From a virus, in IMG/VR virus record IMGVR_UViG_3300008459_000008, positions 1 to 64,000 of that record: a stretch of 64,000 bases of DNA. One strand, written 5' to 3'. A model generated the notes under the pieces. That model was not told the DNA's origin. It did not search any database and saw only the letters and a program-made list of their open reading frames with translations. Positions 27,674 through 38,878 of this stretch are shown here, piece by piece (the stretch's first letter is position 1; each line of letters opens with the position of its first letter). The position numbers and the translations under genes are program-made.

Positions 27674-29530
27674 GTGTTGGATATAACAATAGGATTAAAT
27701 AATTTTTCCAAAAGTCTTGAGGAAATTATTAATAGTTATGAAGATCATCTTTATGATATACCAAAAGAGTTGAATTTCATAGATTTATTGTCAATAGACG
27801 ATAATTCTGACTTAAATAAAGAAGATTCAGATGAAATTGTAGAAAAAAATGATTTAAATAAAATTTTCTCTATAGAGGATTTAAGTAAACAAATTTTGAA
27901 ATTACAAAATGCGATTACAGAAAGATTGGATATAAATAATGGTTTTTTGAAAGATCAGAAACAAAATACAAGTATATTTGGTTATCAAAATACTATATTG
28001 GTAACACCAATAACACAAAATTTTGATCCAATAACAAAAGATTTTACAAAAGATGAAAAAAATTTAACTGATAGTGAAACCCCTATAATATTTAATAATC
28101 CTCCTCAGACATCAATAATACCAACTAATTTGGAATTACAAAAATTAAAAATTGACTTTAGCAATCTTGATATTTTAAAATCACTAGATAGTTCTATTGA
28201 TATTTCAACTAATTTTGGAAATTTGGAATTATATAAAGATGTATTGAAAAATGATGTAATCCAAAAAAGTATATTAACAAAATTTGAATATGAAAATCAA
28301 CCGAATATTAGTAAAAATTTGAGTTCAGAAATTTCTGTTATTTATAGTATAAATGATAATTTTCCAAACTTAGACACAAAAAAAATAATTATACCTGTAA
28401 TATATGATGAAATTTCAGAATTTAAAAAATCTGCATTTGAATCTATAAAATTACCAATAGAGTATGACTATTTGTCAAATCCAAAAATTCTTAACTTGAA
28501 TCCGATAATACAACCAGTTTTTAACTATATTGATGAATTAAGAAAAATAACTACTAAAAGTTTTTACGAGGGTATTTATACACAAAATATAAAAACACAA
28601 AATGATTATGTTGATAAATACAATCAAATTAAAACAATTGACAATGTTTTTGAAAATCTAATCACCCCCCAATTTGGTACAATTCAAATTCCCATAGAGT
28701 ATAAGTACGACGATATTAATAACCCACCTAAATTACCAAGTAAAAATAGTGATTTACAAAATTTTGAAAATATATCGGACAAAATTAAGAGCAACATCAT
28801 ATATGACTACTTAATCGACAAATCCGAATCAAAAATTATTAATTATAATAATCAGACTTTTCCATCCTTACTCATTGAAAAAAACTTAGAGTTTTTGGAA
28901 ATAAAAAAAGAAAATGGATACAAAAAGAGTGAATTTGAAAATATAGATTTTTCAAAACTATACAACGTCAATAGTCTTGAATTTGATATTAATACTTCAA
29001 ATTTTGAAGATGGTTTTATTGGATTAATTGACAATATGTCTTCATTTTTAAACACATTTGTTGAAAAAGTAGATAATTTTGAATCTTATAGTTTAATAGA
29101 TCCTTTGGATCGAATGACTTTATCCACTAATAATATAAATAATATAAATCAACAAATTACATCGAGTGTTGACTTCGATAAATTAAATAAATTGGGAAAA
29201 AAATCTATTTCACAATCTATGATTTCAACCATGGACAACAAACAATTTAGTTTATTGATGAATAATTTAGAAAAAAATTCTAATTTGATATCTGAGAGTT
29301 TGAAAAAATCAAAAAGTGAGACTAATAATAGTTCAACAACAAATGTTGTGACAATTCAACCTACGAATAAAAATGAAAAGAGTAAAGACAATACTGATAA
29401 GTTGATAAAAATTATGTCTAGTTTAGACGATAAAATGAGCATCATGATTTTATCACTGAATTCGATCTCATCAAAATTTGATGTAAACCGAAATGTCTCT
29501 ACCAGTCTTAGACCATATAAACATTTTTAA
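27674..29530 (+). CDS. Low-complexity Asn/Ile/Lys-rich hypothetical protein
   Basis: 618-aa open frame, very AT-rich; start uncertain (GTG). Confidence 0.6.
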   Translation: MLDITIGLNNFSKSLEEIINSYEDHLYDIPKELNFIDLLSIDDNSDLNKEDSDEIVEKNDLNKIFSIEDLSKQILKLQNAITERLDINNGFLKDQKQNTSIFGYQNTILVTPITQNFDPITKDFTKDEKNLTDSETPIIFNNPPQTSIIPTNLELQKLKIDFSNLDILKSLDSSIDISTNFGNLELYKDVLKNDVIQKSILTKFEYENQPNISKNLSSEISVIYSINDNFPNLDTKKIIIPVIYDEISEFKKSAFESIKLPIEYDYLSNPKILNLNPIIQPVFNYIDELRKITTKSFYEGIYTQNIKTQNDYVDKYNQIKTIDNVFENLITPQFGTIQIPIEYKYDDINNPPKLPSKNSDLQNFENISDKIKSNIIYDYLIDKSESKIINYNNQTFPSLLIEKNLEFLEIKKENGYKKSEFENIDFSKLYNVNSLEFDINTSNFEDGFIGLIDNMSSFLNTFVEKVDNFESYSLIDPLDRMTLSTNNINNINQQITSSVDFDKLNKLGKKSISQSMISTMDNKQFSLLMNNLEKNSNLISESLKKSKSETNNSSTTNVVTIQPTNKNEKSKDNTDKLIKIMSSLDDKMSIMILSLNSISSKFDVNRNVSTSLRPYKHF

Positions 29531-29550
29531 AATTAAAAAATATAATTATA

Positions 29551-29985
29551 ATGGGGTTTTTTCGTAAAATAAATTTATTTATGACTTATAGATCTATTTT
29601 AAAATCTATTGGTAAAGAATTGGAGTTGGAATATGGTACGAGAATTGATAATATTTACAGGATGTATACTGTTCTCAATTTGCCTGAAAATTTATTTGAA
29701 GAGCCTTACAACTTGAGAAAGGCTGATATTGATAATATTTCAAGGAACTATATATTAGAGTTCAGAAAAAATATGTCTTCATTCTTAGTCAGTAAGGGAC
29801 TTTTGGAACTTTTCGATACTTATGAAGTTAGAAAAGTTGATAAATTTAGTTATTTGATTATCATGGGATATTCTTTATTTGACACAAAAAAAGTAGCCAA
29901 TAATTTGATATCTTTTGGTATAATTTTATTATTTTTAATAATTATTATGGGTACTGGTATTTTATTATACAAAACTTTAGGATAA
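29551..29985 (+). CDS. Hypothetical protein with C-terminal TM helix
   Basis: Hydrophobic C-terminus LISFGIILLFLIIIMGTGILL. Confidence 0.7.
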   Translation: MGFFRKINLFMTYRSILKSIGKELELEYGTRIDNIYRMYTVLNLPENLFEEPYNLRKADIDNISRNYILEFRKNMSSFLVSKGLLELFDTYEVRKVDKFSYLIIMGYSLFDTKKVANNLISFGIILLFLIIIMGTGILLYKTLG

Positions 29986-30016
29986 AATAAAATTATAACT
30001 TAAAATCGAATATAAT

Positions 30017-30445
30017 ATGAGTAAATTTTATAAATTATCAGACGAAACCATAGGAACTTTTAAACAAATTTATAACAGGAAATCCTTTCCATTCAATATA
30101 GGTTTTGAGTTTATTGGCTCAGAGTCTCAAAAAAACTTGATCAAAATTACAAAGTTATCAGATCCAATCGCCTTCACTTTGGAAAAGGAGATGTTGGTTA
30201 TGTTCAACGAAAGTTTGATGAATGTTTTCGATGAAGAATCTATCAACATCTTAATTGAACAAGAATTGGATAAAATTTCCATCAATATGGACACAGGAAA
30301 AGTTAAATTGATAAAACCTGATCTAACAACTTTTTCTAGTCTAATTAATAAATATGGTATTGAAAAAATTGCTAAGGCTAACAAAGTAGAAGAATTGTAC
30401 CAACAACAACAAAAAGATAATCAAGAAATTGATTTCTTAAATTAA
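30017..30445 (+). CDS. Phage metallopeptidase-like protein, apparently inactive
   Basis: LIEQELDKI...GKVKLIKPDL..F..LI.KYG follows the phage metallopeptidase pattern, but HELxH is replaced by QELDK. Confidence 0.5.
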   Translation: MSKFYKLSDETIGTFKQIYNRKSFPFNIGFEFIGSESQKNLIKITKLSDPIAFTLEKEMLVMFNESLMNVFDEESINILIEQELDKISINMDTGKVKLIKPDLTTFSSLINKYGIEKIAKANKVEELYQQQQKDNQEIDFLN

Positions 30446-30461
30446 AAATTAAAAATTAAAT

Positions 30462-31127
30462 ATGTACAAAAAACCAGAAATTGAAACTCAGGTTGTAAAA
30501 CCAAAAATGACAACCAAATTCGATGATAAGGATTATCGATTTATGTCAGAGGAAAGTGAAAACGAATTGGACACTGCTGTAAAAAATTTAGAAAATTTTA
30601 TGGCTTTCAATCACGGACTTGGTAAATCCGAAACAGAAAAAGATAAATTGTATTCACAAGCTAAAGAACTTTGGGAAGTTTATGTCGGACATTTCAGAAA
30701 GACATCTTTGAAATTTTATTTAGATAAAAAACAATTTGATTACTTTACAGAAATTCTTAGAGATAAAATTGAATATGATGTTAATACTATATTCTTCGCA
30801 ATCGAACTCACAGATACCTTGGGTAAATGGATTACAGATAAATCATCAAAAGGTTCTAAAGAAGTTAAAAGCTATGATATCGATCCCGTGAGCGCTAACT
30901 ATCTTTATCACCTTGTATCTACTGTAAAAGTAAAAGGTCTTACTGAGGAGGCTTATTTATTTTCTCAAGTATTGAAGAAAATTCATGAGGTCATCAAAGT
31001 TGTGAATTTTTATGACAGTCATGCAAAAACACTCTCAAAAGATATTCAAGATTGGGTTGCTTCATTCGAGCCACAACAACCAAACTATAACCAATTCAAT
31101 AACAGTGGATTCCCACAGTTCATGTAA
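30462..31127 (+). CDS. Hypothetical protein
   Basis: 221-aa ORF followed by a terminator. Confidence 0.7.
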   Translation: MYKKPEIETQVVKPKMTTKFDDKDYRFMSEESENELDTAVKNLENFMAFNHGLGKSETEKDKLYSQAKELWEVYVGHFRKTSLKFYLDKKQFDYFTEILRDKIEYDVNTIFFAIELTDTLGKWITDKSSKGSKEVKSYDIDPVSANYLYHLVSTVKVKGLTEEAYLFSQVLKKIHEVIKVVNFYDSHAKTLSKDIQDWVASFEPQQPNYNQFNNSGFPQFM

Positions 31128-31141
31128 TTTTTATAAAAATT

Positions 31142-31172
31142 AAAAAAACCCTCCTAATTGGAGGGTTTTTTT
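31142..31172. terminator. Bidirectional intrinsic terminator
   Basis: aaaaaaaccctcc-taatt-ggagggttttttt. Confidence 0.88.
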
Positions 31173-34100
31173 ATAGAAATATAATTTCAATATCGAATTG
31201 ACATGGTGGGGGTTGTATAGGGGATCCATTTTGATTCCAAGATAATTTGTACTTTGATATTTGTATATTGAATCCAGCATTATCTATGATACCCTCAAAT
31301 TCACCATCAGTTGTTGAATTATAGTTTGTTATTTGAACTGAATAAATATCATCAGTAAGTGTAGTCGAAACATATAAGTCATATTGGTTTGTCGTAAAAT
31401 AAAGTGCTAAGAAAGTTACAGTTTTGTTTGATGGATTGAACACATTTGTAGTAGTGAATGTATAATTATTTGTGGTTAGATTTACATCTGTGCTATATGG
31501 ATTTGAATTAACCGTCACTCTAGCCTTATATGAATTCTGATTTATAATCATTGCGGAAACAGTACCGGAAGTTGCAACACAACTTGGATAAAGTTGTGAA
31601 GTTGATTGCAATTTGAATGCAACTTCACCCGAGGCATATTGGTTTGCCTGTATTTGTACTACACTATTTGCAGGTCCGTCTATTGAAAATACCACATCAA
31701 CATCTGCGGGTGGGACTGTCAAGTTGATTATTTCCCAGTAAACCAAATCATTTGCAATCGCTGCAATATTTGTATTACTATTTGCATTAATATTACCAAG
31801 TGGCAATAAGTTTACAAATGGTTGACCTTGTAGTGTAATAATTGGACAAACTATTTCATTGACTAATCCAACCAACGGAGATGATGTTGTGGAGAAACCT
31901 CCCTTGACAACTGCTTTTACGACTACCGCGTAGTATCCTGTCTTTGATGTTGCATCAGCAGTGACAACAACACCAACTGTAAATCTATCTTTAGCTATAA
32001 GTTTGACATCAATCAAACAAACTGATTCAGCAATTTCTACAATCTCCCAATCTAATATCTTCTGATCCGCAGTGAGGACATATTCATAGCTCTCACCGCC
32101 ATTTATTGTTGCAAATGTACTAGACGAACTAAAAGTTGGATAGGAGACACTAGTATTTTCTACAAACACTATTGGGTTAAATGGCCCCATCGGATCTCCT
32201 TTGCCTGGATCGTCAATCAGATCTTTTGTTCCTCTAATTTCGTAAGATTTTTTATTTGTATAGACTTGTCCATACCCATTATCACTTGTCACTTCGATAA
32301 GTACAAAGGGATCAAGATTGGAGTCAACTGTAAAGCTGTAGGAGTGAGTTGCTGTTCTAAATTCGGTTAGTGTCTGAACTGGTAAATAATCAACTTTTTT
32401 CCATTCGGTCATGATAATCCATCGAGCAAACGACTGATTGGTTAAAATATCAGTTACTGGTGATATTGAAAACGTACCATATATTGAGTAAGAAGATTGG
32501 GTTCCTATATATTGGTAGATATCTCTGTAATAACTAGCATAATCACCTAGATTGTAATTATTTGTTGATGACCAATCTTGAACTTTATCGTATTTTCTTG
32601 GATTTTTCAATCTATTATTATCTAAAACAGATTCATAAATCTGTTGAAAATATTGTACTTTGTCACCTTGGTTATAAAATTTAAATGGTTGCCACTCTTT
32701 ATGAGTTTGATAAGTACGGATTTTTAATCTGAAACATTCAGATGCTAAACTTAAATCGGCGACCGAAAAATCTATGACACAGTTATATACTGTTGAACCA
32801 CTGTTTATTGGCATTAAATAAGCCTCATTCAAATGAAAATCATACGGACTAAAATCTTGTTTGATCTTAATAATTCTAGTGTCATAATTTCTGTGTACTA
32901 TTGTAGTATTACCAACAAAATCAGCTCTACCTGTGATATCCAAAATCCTATGGGTAAGTGGAATAACATTTTTTTGTAACCAAATTTTCAGACCTTGTAG
33001 TTTAATCAACACTTCATTTAAAGAATAAAAAAGTAAATTAGTACCTTCTTTATCTGTAATTCTAAATGTCAAATTGAATAAATTTGTATCCTCAAAATTT
33101 GGATTCGGAAGTGTGTGTTTTATAAAATCATTTGGTGTCCATCCTGGTACGGTGTTATCGAATATATCCGGAATTTCAACTTTGAATAGTTTCTTATAAT
33201 CTTTAGATTCAACATTAATATTTCTATAATATTCATATAATTCCAAATCATTATATCCAAAGTAATTTATTGCGTTTATTATAGCTTTGTAAGAACCTAT
33301 ATAAGAATAAATTACATCGCGAACCATTAGAAGTTCCTTTCTCTTCTTATTCAAAAATGTCCAATCAATTCCTTGTTCATTAATATCATATGTTTTGAAA
33401 ATGTAGGTGTCCTCTGGTGCGATTAGTTGTCCACTGTTACCCAATTCGACTTTAAATCTTATGTCTTCGATTTCTGTTTGTCCATAGACATCAAAACTTC
33501 CTATCTCTTTATCCAATATTTGGAATATCACACTTAGATAAGTATTTTTTCCCGATTTTGGATAATTTTCAATTACTGTAAATTCATTTACAAAATTTTG
33601 ATCAATAAATTGGCCTATGATAGTTTTGTTAAATACATATTTCAACTTCATAGTAATACCGTTATTCAGTGAGATATACTTGTTTCTAGTATTTGTAATA
33701 TCAGTGATGAAGACTTTAAGTATCTGACCAGGTTTTAAACCTCGATTCATTCCTTCATCATCACTTACAAAATTCAAATCCGAATTCAAATTGAGATTTA
33801 TAACTAGAAATCCATCTTGTCTCGTATAAAATTGTAGAATATCAAAATTTGATGGAGTTGTTGTTATTGTAAAAGATATACTTTGTCTCTGATATAACTT
33901 CAATACGGAATTATTTGTACCCTCGTTTGATGAATTATATCCTATAAAAACTTCCATAGGAGATGGATCTTGCTTGATATTAGTTTCTGAGTCAATATAG
34001 TCAATCCTCTTTACTATCTCTTCAAAAATAGTTTGTTGTACTATTGAATCGTATCTTTTTGTAATATCCTTGTTTGGAGAATTATTTAACCTAATATCTT

Positions 34101-37100
34101 TCAATGGTTTAATACCCAAATAAGAATATGAACCAGAGGTTGTTAGTTGGTCACCAGAAAAATCATATAAAAATATTTCTGGTGTTTGGTCATCCACCCA
34201 TCTCCAAACCAAGTCCATCGGTACATCACCCTCGAAATTATATCTTGGTCCCCTAATATATTCTCTTACCTTTAGCCAAGTATCTTTTCTTCTCTGATGA
34301 TTTGGATCAAGAGTTCCATATAAATTATCTTCGACTGGCACGGAATCAGTGGGACCCGGTGTCAAAAACGACCCCAACGTAACTTTCAATTCAATGACTG
34401 AACTTTGTTCGAAAACACCCGATATACTCGGCACAATTCCAAAAACACTATTCCTTGATGGGTTGTAAACTATTTTTTTAATATTACCTTGAAATCTCTC
34501 ACTCCATTTGAATTTTCCTTCTAGCGTATCAAGTACCTTTAATTCTGGACCGGATGCTTGGTATACATCACCGTCATATTGATTAACAATCATGGGTCCG
34601 GGTGTTAATGTACCAACACTAGTAATAAGTCCACCATTAACATTAATTGCAGCAAACTGACTAGTTTGGGAAACTACTATTTGTTCGAGTACATTATTAT
34701 AAACATAGTAATTGTCTGTCTGAGCTGTTAAAACTCCGAATGAATAAGAAAGACCGTTATTGATTTTCCTAATCCCATATGCGTCAAATATGTAGATTGA
34801 AGATTCAGATGGTTCATAGAAAAGAGGACCAACCAAACCTTCAAACGGGTAGGATATAACCACATTCCTAGTTGAACCTTCTACACGTTGAATACTATTA
34901 TCAACTAGAGAAAAATACATATCATTCTCACTCGGGTTGAAAGATATATCAGTGATTACGGATGAAAAATTCAATGTGTAATCCGAAGTTGATGTGAAAT
35001 TATTTTGTTTCCAAATATCAGATACGGTGTCATTGTTGTAAATCAAATAAAAATCTCCATTGATTGTATTGAAGTCAAACTTTTTCGGTATACTTGTGGA
35101 TGAGAACGTAAATGAGTTTTCAATCAAATTTAACCTTGGATCTACGATGTGTAGTCCATATTCTGATAAACAATAAATATACTCATTGACTGGGTTTATA
35201 CCTATTTGTACAGGACCTGTCAACCCTGGTAAATCTATTGTGCTGGTTACTATAGCAGTATTACCATCCATGACTGTTAATTTTTCACCCAAAATATATA
35301 AATTTTCGGTTATTGGTGTATAAATTATATCTTGCAGTTTGGTATTCCCATTGATTGTATATTCTTCACCGGTATAACTGTTTGTAGTTCCAAAATTGAT
35401 CAAAAATGAATTCTGATATTCTTCCCTAGTGAATTCTCCACCTAGATCAACAGATTGTGTAATAACAATACATCCTGTAGCACCAAATCCGTCACTAAAT
35501 CCAATTATTACATAAGGCGAAACATCGCATTTTGGGTCTATTGTAGACCAGAATGGTCCACGATAGTCAAGAATCATACTTTGTGGTTCAAGTGTAATCA
35601 GATTATATTCTTGATTATTCCAAGGATAAACTGTATTATTTATGCCCAAAACTTGGCCAGTAGCAAATTGTTCTGCTTCAAAAGACCAAGTTGCTAATTG
35701 AATAATTAATTGATCTGAAGATAAACTCAAACCAGCTGGATCATTATCTATAATTGATGAGTTTTCATTTCCTTCGGGTAAGAGTATCTCATTTGAAGTA
35801 ATCAATGCACCAAATTTTCCAAAGAATTTCGGTATTATGGTGTATAATTCTTCTTGTGGTAAACTTGATTTACCTACTTGTATTTTATATTCCAGTCTTT
35901 GAGATTGAGATCTAGTCCTAAATATAAGAATATTGTTTTTATTTAATACGATTATTCCATAATCAAGTAGTTCTTCTTGATATTCCTCTACCCAATTAGC
36001 AAGTGTTGTGTCGATATCAAAGGTAAATGGTTGTGATTGGATTGGTGTTGAAGAGATACCATAACTCCTATTATTGATAGTCAATGAAATATAGTTACTA
36101 ATATCTTTGAAAATAATCTCTGAGTGTTCGATATAAAAGTCAGCTGTTATACCAACCTCAACATCAAAATCAATTGGAACATTTGGATAGACTGTAGTCA
36201 AATTGATACTATTATAATAGATCGAATTTAAACCACCAGTGAAACCGACTTTAGCTTTATATCCTATAACAAATAACCTAAGATACCATTTTTCGTACCA
36301 TTTTCTGAGTGTCTTGTCAATAGTTCTTTCAAAATTTACAGTCGAAGATTCATAAACCCATTGAATTTCTTGTTGATAAACTTGTTTGTTGATTGTAATT
36401 TTTATTCCAAAATCATCTAGATCAGTAAAAACTATGTTATATTTGAAATTTTCACAAATATCAACATTCATCTCGGTCTTCAGTGGTTCTAAAATTTCAG
36501 TATTTCTTTCATAGATAGTCCTTCTGCTCGCGTAACTTTGAGTACCTGTCGATGATAGTTGGAAATCAACCTCACAATAGTTTGTCGGATAGATTAGATC
36601 TACGTTCAGAGCACTATTTTTATAATATAAGTCTAAGTCAAATAATTTGACTTCTTCTTTATACTTTTCTATTAATGATCCCAATGTCACTGCGGAACTT
36701 TGAGTAAATGATTGTGTGTAAGAAATTACATTACTCGATAAATGAACCTCAGCGTAAAAAAGTTCCTCACTTATTAATTGGCTTGTTAAAGGTAAATAAT
36801 TTGGCTTACCCCAATACTCGATATCATCTGGAGTTACTGATGATGTGGCACTCCAAGTATGTGATTGTACACACTCATAGATTAAATTATTCCAAATGAC
36901 TTGACTTTGAGTTGCATAGTAAATTAGATTACTATTACCAAGGAAATTTGGGATGTAGTCTACGGTTAGATAATTATAATTTACGGTAGATGTAGGTATG
37001 GTGAAAACACCACCTGGTCTAAGAACCCTTGGTATTGGACCCGTAAAATATAATTTATTACCATCTGCTTTCAGACCCCCACTATAAACATTTGGTGGTT

Positions 37101-37881
37101 CTGTTTTCAAGGTAATTTTTAAAGTGAATTCGTCACTTTGGGTGAATGAACTTCTTGGAAATTCGTATTTATAATAAACTCTGTCAAAAAGGTCTTTATT
37201 TTTGATTGTTACAATCCCATCATTTTTTTCAGTATTGACTAGGTTTAATTTCCTTTTGTTGTAAAATCGATCATAAAAATCCGGTTCTGACCATTCGGAA
37301 AAGTTTTCTTTGAAATCCTCGGTGATGTAATTGTAAATACCTATTGTATTTAAACCTGATATCGTTTGGTTTTCATATGTTGCTGTCAATCCAAGAATAA
37401 GTCCATAATCTTGTTCAAATGATAGATTATCAACATTTGACAAAATCATTATCGCATTTTTCTTGGTTTCGACAACTGTGTAAGTTTGTAGAGGATTTGT
37501 GAATTCAAATAATAGTTTATCAAATTTAATTTGGGAACCTTTTGGAAACTTAGATTCAAAGTTTACTCCAAAGATCCATTTAGAATAAAAGTTTGGATCT
37601 GTGTTTGTAGTTTCTATTTTGACTATCGATTGGGTAAAACTTGTACTACCTATGAATTGAAATCTATATTCATTAAAAAGTTGGAATTTTCTTAATTTTA
37701 GATTACCGGGATTCTCATATTCAAATGGTCTTATTCTTTCGAAAGTATATAATCCAATTGTTTTATAGGTATCATCACTATTTTCATCAAACAATAAATC
37801 ACCTTCCCACCTTTCTTTATCTAAATTATAAGTAAAATTGAGATTGTCTCCTTCTTTATTAAAAAATATGAGAGATTGCAT
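31171..37881 (-). CDS. Giant baseplate/tail-associated protein with beta-propeller and CBM-like motifs
   Basis: 2236 aa; YVTN-like blades (IGINPVNEYIY, ISFNPSENDMYF, IVYNPSRNSVF), wedge-like IGSYKAIINAINYFGY, W..Y..GD.V.Y motifs. Confidence 0.65.
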   Translation of the reverse strand: MQSLIFFNKEGDNLNFTYNLDKERWEGDLLFDENSDDTYKTIGLYTFERIRPFEYENPGNLKLRKFQLFNEYRFQFIGSTSFTQSIVKIETTNTDPNFYSKWIFGVNFESKFPKGSQIKFDKLLFEFTNPLQTYTVVETKKNAIMILSNVDNLSFEQDYGLILGLTATYENQTISGLNTIGIYNYITEDFKENFSEWSEPDFYDRFYNKRKLNLVNTEKNDGIVTIKNKDLFDRVYYKYEFPRSSFTQSDEFTLKITLKTEPPNVYSGGLKADGNKLYFTGPIPRVLRPGGVFTIPTSTVNYNYLTVDYIPNFLGNSNLIYYATQSQVIWNNLIYECVQSHTWSATSSVTPDDIEYWGKPNYLPLTSQLISEELFYAEVHLSSNVISYTQSFTQSSAVTLGSLIEKYKEEVKLFDLDLYYKNSALNVDLIYPTNYCEVDFQLSSTGTQSYASRRTIYERNTEILEPLKTEMNVDICENFKYNIVFTDLDDFGIKITINKQVYQQEIQWVYESSTVNFERTIDKTLRKWYEKWYLRLFVIGYKAKVGFTGGLNSIYYNSINLTTVYPNVPIDFDVEVGITADFYIEHSEIIFKDISNYISLTINNRSYGISSTPIQSQPFTFDIDTTLANWVEEYQEELLDYGIIVLNKNNILIFRTRSQSQRLEYKIQVGKSSLPQEELYTIIPKFFGKFGALITSNEILLPEGNENSSIIDNDPAGLSLSSDQLIIQLATWSFEAEQFATGQVLGINNTVYPWNNQEYNLITLEPQSMILDYRGPFWSTIDPKCDVSPYVIIGFSDGFGATGCIVITQSVDLGGEFTREEYQNSFLINFGTTNSYTGEEYTINGNTKLQDIIYTPITENLYILGEKLTVMDGNTAIVTSTIDLPGLTGPVQIGINPVNEYIYCLSEYGLHIVDPRLNLIENSFTFSSTSIPKKFDFNTINGDFYLIYNNDTVSDIWKQNNFTSTSDYTLNFSSVITDISFNPSENDMYFSLVDNSIQRVEGSTRNVVISYPFEGLVGPLFYEPSESSIYIFDAYGIRKINNGLSYSFGVLTAQTDNYYVYNNVLEQIVVSQTSQFAAINVNGGLITSVGTLTPGPMIVNQYDGDVYQASGPELKVLDTLEGKFKWSERFQGNIKKIVYNPSRNSVFGIVPSISGVFEQSSVIELKVTLGSFLTPGPTDSVPVEDNLYGTLDPNHQRRKDTWLKVREYIRGPRYNFEGDVPMDLVWRWVDDQTPEIFLYDFSGDQLTTSGSYSYLGIKPLKDIRLNNSPNKDITKRYDSIVQQTIFEEIVKRIDYIDSETNIKQDPSPMEVFIGYNSSNEGTNNSVLKLYQRQSISFTITTTPSNFDILQFYTRQDGFLVINLNLNSDLNFVSDDEGMNRGLKPGQILKVFITDITNTRNKYISLNNGITMKLKYVFNKTIIGQFIDQNFVNEFTVIENYPKSGKNTYLSVIFQILDKEIGSFDVYGQTEIEDIRFKVELGNSGQLIAPEDTYIFKTYDINEQGIDWTFLNKKRKELLMVRDVIYSYIGSYKAIINAINYFGYNDLELYEYYRNINVESKDYKKLFKVEIPDIFDNTVPGWTPNDFIKHTLPNPNFEDTNLFNLTFRITDKEGTNLLFYSLNEVLIKLQGLKIWLQKNVIPLTHRILDITGRADFVGNTTIVHRNYDTRIIKIKQDFSPYDFHLNEAYLMPINSGSTVYNCVIDFSVADLSLASECFRLKIRTYQTHKEWQPFKFYNQGDKVQYFQQIYESVLDNNRLKNPRKYDKVQDWSSTNNYNLGDYASYYRDIYQYIGTQSSYSIYGTFSISPVTDILTNQSFARWIIMTEWKKVDYLPVQTLTEFRTATHSYSFTVDSNLDPFVLIEVTSDNGYGQVYTNKKSYEIRGTKDLIDDPGKGDPMGPFNPIVFVENTSVSYPTFSSSSTFATINGGESYEYVLTADQKILDWEIVEIAESVCLIDVKLIAKDRFTVGVVVTADATSKTGYYAVVVKAVVKGGFSTTSSPLVGLVNEIVCPIITLQGQPFVNLLPLGNINANSNTNIAAIANDLVYWEIINLTVPPADVDVVFSIDGPANSVVQIQANQYASGEVAFKLQSTSQLYPSCVATSGTVSAMIINQNSYKARVTVNSNPYSTDVNLTTNNYTFTTTNVFNPSNKTVTFLALYFTTNQYDLYVSTTLTDDIYSVQITNYNSTTDGEFEGIIDNAGFNIQISKYKLSWNQNGSPIQPPPCQFDIEIIFL

Positions 37882-37971
37882 TAAAAATTTTCAACAGTTT
37901 TTTTATATATTAAAATAGATACTTTTAATCAAATAGTTTTGAATATATAAATCAACAAATAATCTGTGAAT

Positions 37972-38550
37972 ATGAAATACATCAAGTTATTCGACAATTA
38001 CAAACCAATAAGTGAAAATTTAAAATATCACATTGATAACAATTTACCCGTATTGGAAAATATTTTTAGACCTGGTTCTGATTCTTTCTTTAACTTAATT
38101 AAGGAAGCTAGAGAATTATATGATAATGGTAATATAGAACTAATAGGAATCGATAAACAATTATTCGAAACCACAGATTTGGGAAAATTTGGAGAATTTG
38201 ATGGAGTGATTGTTCCACTTGATCTACCTTTAGAGGTAATTGATGAGGTTAATGAAGCTGAATATCATGGGAAAAAAGTACCAATTGGTAAACCTATGAG
38301 AAGCTCAGGTCCAAAGAAATATAAAGTTTATGTTATTAACCCTAAGACAAAAAAAGTAAAAGTAGTAAATTTTGGAGACGCTAAAGGTGGTTTGAGTGCT
38401 AAAGTATCTGATTCTAAAGCTAGAAAAGCTTTTGCTGCTAGACATCAGTGTCATTTGAAGAAGGACCGCACAAAACCGGGTTACTGGGCTTGTAGGGCTA
38501 ATAGATATGCTAATCTTTGGGGCGGAAAAACCTATCCTGGATACTGGTAA
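37972..38550 (+). CDS. Basic hypothetical phage protein (KVVNFGD...FAARHQC...PGYWAC)
   Basis: Motif type seen in T4-like phage small proteins; ATG 37972 preferred to GTG 37966. Confidence 0.7.
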   Translation: MKYIKLFDNYKPISENLKYHIDNNLPVLENIFRPGSDSFFNLIKEARELYDNGNIELIGIDKQLFETTDLGKFGEFDGVIVPLDLPLEVIDEVNEAEYHGKKVPIGKPMRSSGPKKYKVYVINPKTKKVKVVNFGDAKGGLSAKVSDSKARKAFAARHQCHLKKDRTKPGYWACRANRYANLWGGKTYPGYW

Positions 38551-38559
38551 TATATTCTT

Positions 38560-38829
38560 ATGTACTTACCCTTTGAAGAAGAAAATATGGGTGAAAATAC
38601 TTTCATCAGAGAATTTAAACAAAATACGGATTCCGGAGATTTTACTTGGCACCGTGACAGAGAAGATAGAATTGTCGAATCACTACACCCAACGGATTGG
38701 GAAATTCAAATTGACAATGAATTACCAAAATCTTTAAATGAAAAAGTTATTATACCAATCGGTGTTTGGCATAGAATTATAAAAGGAAATGGGGATTTAA
38801 AGATTAAATTGATAAAATTAAAAAAATAA
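38560..38829 (+). CDS. Small cupin-like protein
   Basis: WHRDREDR...IPIGVWHRIIKG (cupin motif-2-like). Confidence 0.65.
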   Translation: MYLPFEEENMGENTFIREFKQNTDSGDFTWHRDREDRIVESLHPTDWEIQIDNELPKSLNEKVIIPIGVWHRIIKGNGDLKIKLIKLKK

Positions 38830-38878
38830 ATTCTTATATATAGATATAGTAATAAATCTATAAAAAAGAATTTAAATT

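Noticed and set aside
27674-29530. Tape measure protein
   Set aside because: No Ala/Gly-rich helical repeats or lytic domain recognised; cannot be supported from sequence alone.
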